From Vitrella brassicaformis CCMP3155 (Eukaryota > Protista > Chromerida), in contig CDMY01000176.1 in assembly GCA_001179505.1 (NCBI GenBank), positions 112,933 to 176,932 on the forward strand: DNA of 64,000 bases. Reading direction: 5' to 3'. Below, in pieces: positions 54,347-64,000 of the stretch. The notes beneath the pieces were generated by a model. The model was not told where the DNA came from. It worked only from the letters and a program-made list of their open reading frames with translations, and searched no databases. A program made the translations under genes and the position numbers. How positions within the stretch are numbered: the first letter of the stretch is position 1; every line of letters starts with the position of its first letter.

Positions 54347-56258
54347 CTACTCCTCCCCATCCATGATCGCAAGCATGCCTGCGTCACCGACATGGCCGTC
54401 AGGTATTTCCTCTCCCTCCGCCAGTGGTGGGCCGACATTCGGGAAGAACGAATCGCGCGGCGGGATGGCGAGGGCCTCCTCCGCCTCATGGCCAGGTGCT
54501 GTCGCAATCTTCACCTTCATCTCAACGCTCGTGCATGCAGGCAATGCGCGCGCCTCTCGCAACACAGCTGACGCGTCGCCCTCCATCCCTTGCTGCAGGA
54601 CCGTCACCGTCACCCTGATCGACCGGATCCGCTTCTCAACGGCGGCGAGGTCGACGGCCTCCGAACACCGCTCCCACAACGACCACTGGACGGCGCCAAG
54701 CTCCGGACGATCGATGCGGACCTTGGTGTGCACGTCGATGAGCCCTCCAGCACAGTTGCCCCTCGCCGAATAGGCCGCGCATGCGGGCAAGATGAATGCG
54801 GGGCCGCTGAAGAGTGACGGCGACTGTGTCACAATCACTCGTCGGATTGTCTTCATCTCGGTGAGGAAATGGCGGGCTTCCGTCGTCATCTGGTGTTCAG
54901 GCAGGCCCTCGATTGTCGTCACAGAGGGGTAGACAGCGGGAGAGAGCAAAGTGCGCGGAAGGGGCGTCCACCTCTTGAAAGGTGTGTCGTTCTCGACCGA
55001 GAATCTTATGGTTGTGGCCGTCTTGAATACCAGAAGAGGGGGCTGACACCAGGGGCCGCCCCACACCGGGATGATGACCGTCTTGCACGAGTCTGCCAGC
55101 AGCTCCAGCACCATCGCGTTGCTATAGAGGAAGTCGTTGGGGCAGTCGACGAAGATGTTGGCGTGGAAAGAGGCCGTATAGTATCTCTCGCTGGCGCCAG
55201 GTCTTATGATGCTGCGGCGGAAGAGTGTGGTCACCCACACGAGGGACCGCTGCGCAGAGGCGGTGAGGGTGTGGAGGGGCACGTCGACGCTGATGGTCGA
55301 CACAGAGCGGTCAAGCCGCTCACGGAGAGACCGGTCGTCGAAGATACCCACGGTCGACTCACCGAGCTCCATATCCTGCAGGCAGGCACACAAACAGGTC
55401 GACACGGCCTGCCCCTGTGTTTCGCCTTTCTTCGCGTGAAGGACCTTTACCGTGATGGTGTCGATGGCGAATCTGTTCTGCGGGATGCTCCGAATTACAT
55501 CCAGCCACCTCCTCTCACCCCTCTTGCCCAGCGCCACGGCCCTCAACCTCGCAGCGTGACTCACCCACCACATAGCTCCCCGGAACAATGCCTCGTCGTC
55601 AGCAACGCACCAAATGCGTTCGCCCGGCAATCCGTGCTCGAGCCGCTCAAGCCGTGGCGCATTCCACTGGCGAATTTCAGCCATACAAAACCACACATGT
55701 GACAACACCGCCCTCCTGAGATGGGGCAAGTTTATCTTCACGGTGGGTGGCCGTCGGCGGTGGCCGGTGCGAGGCCTCACGAGGCCGCAGGGCAGGTCCT
55801 GGTAGATGCTCTCTTGGTCGGAGGGGCAGTCCACGATGAGCTCTTGAAGGGATGCGGTGCACAACTCGACGATTCTTGCCAGGGGAAGCAGCTGCGCCTT
55901 GTCGTCGAATGGGAGGGAGAAAAAGATCACTTTGACTCCGCGATTCGGTGGTTGGCGGCTGAGGGCATCTGCCCGCACCTGGAGCAAGAAAACACACGCC
56001 AAAACACGGACCCATTCATCGCATCCCAGGCAAAGCACAGGTACTCACCTTCGCGTCGTCGAGGAGGGCCTGATTTGCGGCATCACCTTGCCGCTGCCAG
56101 AACGTCACCGAAGCGTAGTAGCTGTGGCACCAGGCGCAGAGGCGCCGGGAGCCCCTCCCGAGTACTCGAAGCACTTGCGATGGGTAGCTCGAGAGAAATC
56201 GGGCTATCCACACCAGAAGATCATCGGGAAGAACGTCAAGGCCTCGAAGTTGTTCCAT
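54347..56258 (-). CDS. F-box-like protein with a degenerate LRR-type body (lineage-expanded family)
   Basis: First exon LDVLPDDLLVWIARFL..LRVLGRGSRRL is F-box-like. It splices to the long ORF 54347-56038 with LQELIVDC, LPHLRRAVL and APRLERLE. Confidence 0.7.
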
Positions 56259-56441
56259 ATCGTACGACGAGGTGGATCTGTGCTGCCTGGGTTCTTAATT
56301 GGGGTTAACTTCGGTATAAGCTCGCAGACGTCGCAGCTCGCATTGGAAAAAAGCCCGCACAGCGCAACATTTTCATTGCAAATCGAAATCAGCAACGACA
56401 TATCTCTTCAACGAGAGCCTTCCCGCTTTGCAAATCGTCCA

Positions 56442-59400
56442 TCATGCCCTGGTGCACCGCCCCCGAGTGGTGGGAGCACGTGAGGCCCAAGCGAAAGGAA
56501 GCCATACCCCTCAGCATTTGTGTCGCGTTCGTGTTCGTCGAGACGATCCTCCAGGCCACAGTGCTGCACGCAAAGCATGTGCGCGTACAAGCTGACCTGG
56601 CCGCGGCCGCGGCGGCGAGAGCCTCTCAAACCGCGGCTCCCCTGGTGATGCCTGAAGTTTCGCCCACCTTCCTGCCTACAGTCGCCCCAGGGCCAGCAGA
56701 GGCTGCAGGCTTCCTCGCCGTCACACTTGCAGAGCCAGCAGACGGGTTGACAGCAGCCGTCTCCGGCGTCTCGATGCCCACAGCGGAACCCATCGCAGAA
56801 AGTATCGCAGTCGACATCGCAGAAACTATCGCCACAGGCGCCCCGGTCAGACGGCTGCAGGAGGAGGACACACACCATGAATACGGTGAAGTAGAGGGGT
56901 ACAGGACTGCGGCAGTGCTAGCCTTCTGCGGTGAGCGAGACACGGCAGCTGATGTGAGACATTCTCTGACGTGTCTCTTGTGTTGATCACCCGTGGCAGT
57001 GCTGACGATCCTCCTGATCATGGCCTACGAGACGGGATATGACATGCTCCAACGATTCATCGGAAGGCGCGGAAACAAGTGAGCAAGCAATCAGGGAGGG
57101 AGACATGTCGTCTAATCTTGTGTCTCGACCTCTCCTCTCCCTGTTGTGACGTGACAGGCATCACCTGCAGATGCTGTTTGCACTCACGCGGGAGCTGACG
57201 ATTCTAGGCTTCATCGGACTTGTCTTCTTCACCTTGACCAAACTAGGAGTCCTGCACGAGGTACGTGAGGCGACAGGTCAGGTCACACAGATGGGGAGAG
57301 AGACGTCCGTGTGTGTTAATCTGCAGATAAGTAGCGTTGTGTTTGGGAAGACACCGATGGAGGAGGCCTGGGAGCAGCTGGAGGGGCAAGGCATCGAAGG
57401 TGAGAGAGAGAGAGGCCTGCACCCACAACTCGAGCCAAGCATCCTTATGTCTCTCCATGCCCAGTAGACCGACCATCGAGCGTCGTGGCGGAGCTCTTCG
57501 AAGGTGTTCACCTCCTCATCTTTGTCATCATGGTCGTTTTCCTCTTCTTCGTCGGCTTGCTCATTTACGTACGGAGAACGATATGAGTCCCAGCTCGAGT
57601 CGCTCCATCGCATCCATTATGTGGGTACCTGTGGTGTGGTGTCCTCCACCTGGCAGATTGTCGGGTTCGTGGCTTCCGAGTGGAGAGAGGGCGAGACCCT
57701 CAACCGACCGGCCATCAAACGCAAACTCTGCCAGCTCGACAAGACCCATAGCTGGTGTGTCCGCCCGTGGGCGAAACAGGCCCTCTTGCAAGACTATCGG
57801 TGTGTTGGAATCCATCAAGCCTCTAGCCTCCCTCCGCTCGATTGGTGCTGCTTTCCTACAGATACCGGCTACTTCGTGAAGAGTTCTTCGAGCCCCTCGT
57901 GGGCTACCGTCCTCCATACATCAACAGGACCTCGTTCCCCTTCCACCTGTACCTCTCCAACTGCCTGGTGAGAGAGCCAGGTCATCCCATGGTTGCGCAC
58001 AGAAGAGCGACCGATTGATAATGTGTCGTGTCTCAGGCGGCAAGCATGGCTAACCTCATCGAGCTTCCGCGCTCCTCTCTCTTCATTCTTCTCCTGCTGG
58101 TCGTTGCCCTCTACCCAGCCCTTACTCTACGGGGCTTCAACCTGGTCATTTTCTTCCTCATCGTGGCCTGGGTGATGGTCGGCGCTGCGCTGGTCCTTGC
58201 CTTCAAAACCAATCAAATCTTCAATTACCTCCTGCCGTCGGACGACGAGCTTCTCAACAACCCTGACAAGTGGATCAAAGGTATATACCTTGGCTCTCTT
58301 CATCGATCGACCTTTCCACCCACTGATCCCTTGGCTTGCCTCGATTGCTCAGAGAACAAGGATGTGATTCTGGAGACTGAAACGGCGCCGGATGGCGAGC
58401 CTTCTCCCACCCGCAGGGCCCCAGGGCAGACCAAGGGAGACAAAGAGCTGAAGGCGGTCAAGATCAGTCCTGGCGCATTGACCGGCACACCGAGGCCCGC
58501 AGGAGACACGGCACGCACCACCAGTCGCCAAAGGACTCAGATCGGCCTACAGCCAGAGGTGCACAACCATCTCAGGCACCTCGCACAGTCGTCGATTGCC
58601 TCCGTGTCTTCCTTACCTTCAATATGTACAGCTGCTGGAAAAGCTTCGTTCGGGTCATCCCTCTGCGACAGGCAAGGTGCCTGCGAGCACCCGCGATGAC
58701 GCCAACGCTCCTTTGCTGAAAGAGGCTGACCTGGAGGCAGGTGGCCTCGGTGAGCAGAAGGGTGTGGCGCGTCTCTACCAGAACAGCATCATCATCATCG
58801 AAAGTGCCTTCCTGCGAGCCATCTGCCGATTCTTCTGCGGTAGGGGCACACAGAAGGCGTGTGCGAGCGGGACTGCCATCCTTTTGTGTCCATTGCCACA
58901 GGTACTGACGCCCCGAACGCTCACGAGAATCTGTTTTGGTTCTGGAAGAATGGTATGACATAGGTTGGAGGCGAGAAGGAGGATGTGGGTGATGTGATAA
59001 TGCTTGAGTGGTTGCAGGTCCGCAGCTCATGTGGGGCCTGCTGCAGTTTGAAGTATTCCTCACAGCCATCTACTTCTCTCTCTACTTCCGGTGAGTGAAT
59101 GAGCCGATGTGATGGACGGACACTTCTTTGCCCTGACACCATACACTTGCACCAATGGCGATGACTGCAGGGTATTCGTTGGCTGGTATCCCGAGATCTG
59201 GCAGCAATACTACTGGGCGTTCTTCCTCACCTTGCGTAAGATAAGACCACACGCGACGTCAGTCAGAGCTCTCTGCCACGATCGATGCAATGCACCTATA
59301 TGTGTGCTGTGCTTCCTCTCCTTTTCAGTCCCTTTCGTCTATTTCTACGTCTTCGTGCTCCCGTCGCTGACCCGCAGGCTTACCGTGATATGCAATTGCG

Positions 59401-61019
59401 GGCTGTTCTGCAACGAAGAGGTCAGCGGACATGAGTCCTCAGCACACGAGTCGAGTGGACCCTGAGACCGATCCGTGGGTGTTCGTTCATGTGTGCAGAT
59501 AATGATCGAGACATACGAGGAAGCAAGGAGCCAAACGCTCAAGGCATGGCGAAAGCGACACCTCGACGACGCAATCCGTCGACTTTTCTGCATATGTCAT
59601 TCCTTCTGTCTGTGGATCTGCAGAATAGTCTGGCTCTGCTCTCTTCTGTGAAGATGGACGCGTATTGCGAATATTTGCGTTTCCTGTCGAAGGACGAACT
59701 CCAGAAACTATACTCCGTACGACGCCAGCCCTCACGATGACTGCAGTCAGTCGATCAATCATCCTTGCTGTGTGCGTCTCTCTCTTGTCAGGCCTGTGAG
59801 TCCATCTACACGTATGGTTTCTCCAAGGCGGAACAGAAGTACATCGAAGACGGTATGCATACCGTCGACTTGCCGAGAAAAAGACCTCCGCGAGCATCAT
59901 ACCATCCGTTTTCCCTCCCTGCCTCCCTACATGTCCACTTATCAGTCTTCAAGGCTTACGACCTGAATGGGTCGGGGAAGATCGAAAAGGACGAGCTGCG
60001 GCGAATGTTAATGGTGAGTGTGACGGCACCCAGACACTCTGTCGTTGGCAATGCCCTGTGTCTCTCTGTCGCCTCAGGCTCACGGCCGCGAGTATGACCG
60101 AGCTCAGGAGATCGCAGATAGCTTCTTCCAATGCTTTGACAGGGTGAGCACCGAAGAAGAAGCCGAGAGCACCGAAGAAGAAGGCAGGCCGCACGCAGCC
60201 AGTGTTGCAACATGGGCGCTCTCGGTCTTGTCCGCTCAGGATGAATCGGAACAACTCGATAAGGTTGAGTTCCTTTGCATCATGGTTGTCCTCCATCTGA
60301 TGCAGTACGGTGGACTCGACACGGTGGTCGGGGTGGCTACGCAGAGTAAGTCAACAGCTCAGCGCAAGAAGCAACCGTGACATTGCCCTGAATTGTCTGT
60401 GTAGAGTATTTGCATGCCCCTCAAATGAGCGAACTGCTCGCGACCTACCTGGACAAATCGCAAGACGGCAACATCACTCTTGAGGTCAGCACGTTGCCAG
60501 AGGGCGCGTTGGGTAGGGGCCTCATATGCATCTCGTGTGGCCACTGCGTGCTCGCAGGAGTTCAAGGAAACGATCGGCAAGTCGGGTGTGGAAATGACAC
60601 GGTGGCAGACACAGGCGATTCTCAGGTGAGACAGGGCATTTCATTTCCGCTTCTGAGTGGAGAAAATGATGTATGCTCCGTTGCTTGTTTAGGGCGATGG
60701 CCCCTGGCAGTGACGATGGACAACAGGACATCACGGAGGTGACGGTGGAGGCATTCATCACATCAATGCAGGACATCGAAAAGGTAGGTGAATCCCACAA
60801 GACGTGCAGTGCAGCAACACTCTTTCTCCCTGTCCATGTCTCTCGCTCCCCCCCACTGAATGAATGCAGCAATTGCTGTACGACGACCACACCGAGCCTG
60901 CCTCCCGACACAAATCGATGCCCAGCGGCAGCTCCCTCAAGAGCTCACCCGGGCGGAGCTCACCCGGGCGCGAGGCCAAGAAAAAGGGCCTGGAGGGATT
61001 CATCAGTGACGCGGTGTGA
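56442..61019 (+). CDS. MLO: MLO-family 7TM protein fused to a C-terminal EF-hand (calmodulin-like) domain
   Basis: MLO-like motifs LTRELTILGFIGL, VHLLIFVIMVVF, LLREEFF..FPFHLYLSNCL and LFWFWKNGPQLMWGLLQFEVF. EF loops DLNGSGKIEKDEL, DRDESEQLDKVEF and DKSQDGNITLEEF. The last exon is uncertain. Confidence 0.78.
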
Positions 61020-61390
61020 AGGAACAAACGGACAAACGGACGACCGACCTATCCATCCCTCCCAGACAGACACTACCAAAAATAGCTCATCTCCTTGCCT
61101 CGTCTGACGGACACATTCTGCATTCGCGACATGACATGATCGATGCGTGGATGTATTCATGCAATCAATCAATGTATGTGGATGGACACGCCATGGCAGG
61201 CGGCAGCACCTAGCTAGCTAGGTACACGACACGACAGCAGACAATATTTAAGGTCTCCTGCATGGCCACAAAGAAAAAAAGACAAGACAAGACAGACCTG
61301 CAGGCAGGCAGAGGTTGACACGTCCGATCGACCGACACCGAGGCCACACACAGGCCTAACGGAGCCGTTCCCTTTCGTGATGCTATGCTA

Positions 61391-63719
61391 TCAGTCGCGT
61401 CTCCCGGTGATAAGATCGGTCAGCGATTCCCCGATGATCCCATCACTGATGCACTCGCCCCACGACCTCCGGCGAGCCGCGGGCTGCGGACGACGGGCGG
61501 GCCTTGAAGGCGAGGCGTCGTCAGCATAGCGGAAGTCACCGCCTGGATTTTGAATCCCTCCATGGACAGACATCATAGCGGCAAATGTCGACCGCTGCAC
61601 AGACACAAGCATGCAGAAAAATGATAAGAGAGGGAGGTCCATGCGTGTCTCCCTATTTGCAAGCGCGAAAGACTTAGTACCCGAGCAGGCTTCGCCGCCA
61701 GCAAGCCCTGTCGCGAGTATTCGTTGCTCGATGACCTGGTGGGACAAGCAGGAGTTGCCTGAGGGTCGCCTCACATGCCTTTCCGCTACCGGCTCAGTAG
61801 GGTGTCGTCTTCTTCTTCTTCTTCCGTGGCGATTGCCCCCCTGTCTATGCTGGCGGCCGCCCCGCTGGCCGTTCCCGCACCATCCGAGTAGCCCGTCTGC
61901 TTCTTGACCTCCCACGGGAACGTGAGACGGCCCCGGATCCCTCTTGTTGACCTGCATAGCAACGGCAATTGACACCCACAAACACACGATGGTATGTAAT
62001 TAACGCATGTGGAGCCCAGCCCCTTGGTGTTCCCTCCTCACGTACCGTTTGTCTTGGTTGCTGCCGTCCTGACCGGAAACACCCCCCACGAGAGGCCCCA
62101 TCTGCGAACGGACACGCAGGGGAGAAAATGTACTACATACTGTGTGAGTGAAGCTGCCCGGCCATCCCTCGCTGTGTTGCGCATGTGACCTCATCTAGCT
62201 CCGTCGTCTGCGTCCCTTCATCAAGGTTGGCGCCAAGGTTGACACCCGCAGCGTGCTCTGACATCAACACACGTCGGAGAATGCTCGCAGAGGGGACCAG
62301 GTACGTACCCCAGGTACGACGGCACAGCTGGGGATATCTCACCAGGGATGGGTGTCAGTTGTTCTGAGTGTCGCCGAAGGGCCATCTTTCTTCGTCTTGC
62401 GGTGTGGTGGTTAAGAATCGACTAACAAGAGAAGGCACAGAGAGAATTGCAGCGTGTTTCGCCTTTCGGGCCCCGAGTCGAATGATGGGGCCCTGGACAG
62501 GATCGACCTCAGTGTGACTGTCGTGAGTGGTATTGGGCTGCACGTGAGGCGCACAGCAGTTGACAGGCTGGGAACACAGCAATACACACATAGTGTTCAG
62601 TGTCCGAGTGCTGGGTGAACTTGTGTGTACGCGGGAATCTGTGGTTGGTCTGCTGATTCGTGCCACTCTGCTCTCTGTACATATCTAACTCCACTGGCTC
62701 CACACAGCAGACTTATCACTCACTTCTCTCAGCATATATCGAAGAACACATCAAACCAACCCTCAAGCCCACCACACCCCGAGAAGGCATCTCATCTCCC
62801 GACCGACACGACACATACGTACCCACAATCAACACACCGACCAAGCAAAGCCTCCGTCCGTCCGTCCGTCCATCCATCCATCGTATCAGATCGATCACAT
62901 AAGTAGGTCTTCGACAGTGCCGATGAGAGCCCCATTGTCCCATTTCCACGGGAAGAAGATCGGTCCGAAGAAGTCGTCCTTGTAGCCCTTGATGGCGAAC
63001 TCGAGGAAGCGCCCCAGGATGGCCGCACCGAGGCACAGCCAGAACCAATCCACCACGTCCTCAAACAGCGTACGCGCAGGACTCTTCAGCGTTGCTGAAC
63101 GAGGACATCACGTAGAGAACGCGATACGCAACGGTGTGCGCGTCTGTCTGTCCGTGTGTGTGCGGGGCGTGTGTGGTCTGGACTTTCATGGTCCCTGACC
63201 GAGTCTGTCCCGCTTCCGCTTTTCGTACCACCTCATGACCGCCTCCTCTGTGCCGTACTCCTCGCTCTGTGACTGCGCCACCAGATCACCCAAGAGCACC
63301 TCAGACTCACTCACCAACGTCTCCATCTTCTGCCCGGTCTTCACATCGCCCCTCCCCCTCTTGGACACCCTTGAAGCAGCACCACCGGCACTGGCGGCAC
63401 CAGCAGCATCGACAGTGAGGTCACCGATGAACACCTCATCCTCTGCAGACTCGCCCTGTGCTCGCGATGGCTTCATAGGCTGCTGCGTCGCCTCTGGCAC
63501 ATTGCTGCTGTCGACAGCTGCCCGTGCTGCTTGGTGACGTCTTGATGTCGATAGCACACGGCGACGAAAGAGCAGAGGTGCAACGATGAATGCCGAGGGA
63601 TGGGCATCGATGGACAGAGTCGCCGCGGCATATGAGATGGCAAGCATGGATCTCGTGAGCAGCAACAAGAGAACGGGTGGCAAAGACGAGAGGCAGACAG
63701 ATAGATGCTGAGCCTTCAT
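61391..63719 (-). CDS. Uncharacterised, probably plastid-targeted membrane protein
   Basis: Hydrophobic signal LPPVLLLLLTRSMLAISYAAA, then HPSAFIVAPLLFRRRVLSTSRR, which is transit-peptide-like. An exon has a TM segment DWFWLCLGAAILGRFLEF; later exons include RYPQLCRRTW and RGRLTFPWEVKK. Confidence 0.6.
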
Positions 63720-63902
63720 TCCTGGTAGCTCCAGACTCACGAAGGCTTTGGTTGGTTGGTTGGTTAAGGGTTTGACGAGACACCTGTCCCTAAGCCCGGC
63801 GCTACCTTCCGGCGCAACCAGGCATCTTCTCTGTCCACAGCACACACCAAACAGGCAACAGGCACATGCAGAATGCATGCACAAGGCCTATCTGCCCTTC
63901 CC

Positions 63903-63956
63903 ATGGAGCAGTGGGTGCTAGTCTGACAAGTCAGCGTCAAGCACCCACTGCTCCAT
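63903..63956. repeat. Perfect 17-bp inverted repeat enclosing an inner 5-bp hairpin
   Basis: ATGGAGCAGTGGGTGCT (63903-63919) pairs with AGCACCCACTGCTCCAT (63940-63956). The spacer contains CTGAC-AA-GTCAG. Confidence 0.95.
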
Positions 63957-64000
63957 CTCATGCAACTCATATATGAAGTCATACTCACCATCAAACTGAC
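63918..64000 (-). CDS. Probable 3' end of a gene that starts beyond the window
   Basis: An open frame from the window edge reads QFDGEYDFIYELHEMEQWVLDADLSD* (TAG at 63920-63918). Confidence 0.4.
   Translation of the reverse strand, partial: QFDGEYDFIYELHEMEQWVLDADLSD

Noticed and set aside
60941-60970. Tandem 15-mer GAGCTCACCCGGGCG x2
   Set aside because: A short duplication in a disordered C-terminal exon or UTR with no further structure.

Overview
This is a gene-dense, intron-rich eukaryotic window with GT-AG introns packed with (CA)n, (TG)n, (GACA)n and (GATG)n microsatellites and five 300-N scaffold gaps. The intron style and two copies of lineage-expanded F-box-like families suggest a chromerid alveolate such as Vitrella brassicaformis; this is inference, not proven. 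I hand-spliced about 20 protein-coding genes. Recognisable ones are an Hrq1/MrfA-type DEAH helicase with DUF1998, a NUDT9-like ADP-ribose pyrophosphatase with a signal peptide, a BTB-zinc-3xCCCH protein, a cationic amino-acid transporter, a filamin-repeat/IQ protein, an MFS transporter, a bacterial-type RtcB RNA ligase with an organelle-targeting-like extension, a two-pore channel, proteasome Rpn6, allantoicase, a membrane-anchored Methyltransf_24 enzyme, an MLO-EF-hand fusion and a probable plastid protein. A U5 snRNA gene, missed by the ORF track, lies head-to-head with RPN6. The most interesting signals are the putatively mitochondrial E. coli-type RtcB, the MLO fused to a calmodulin-like module, the BTB-CCCH fusion, complementary AC/GT microsatellites at opposite intron ends, two perfect 17-bp hairpins and repeated short divergent promoters. 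Exon boundaries and some gene ends are approximate. I found no prokaryotic features such as CRISPR arrays, IS elements or operons.
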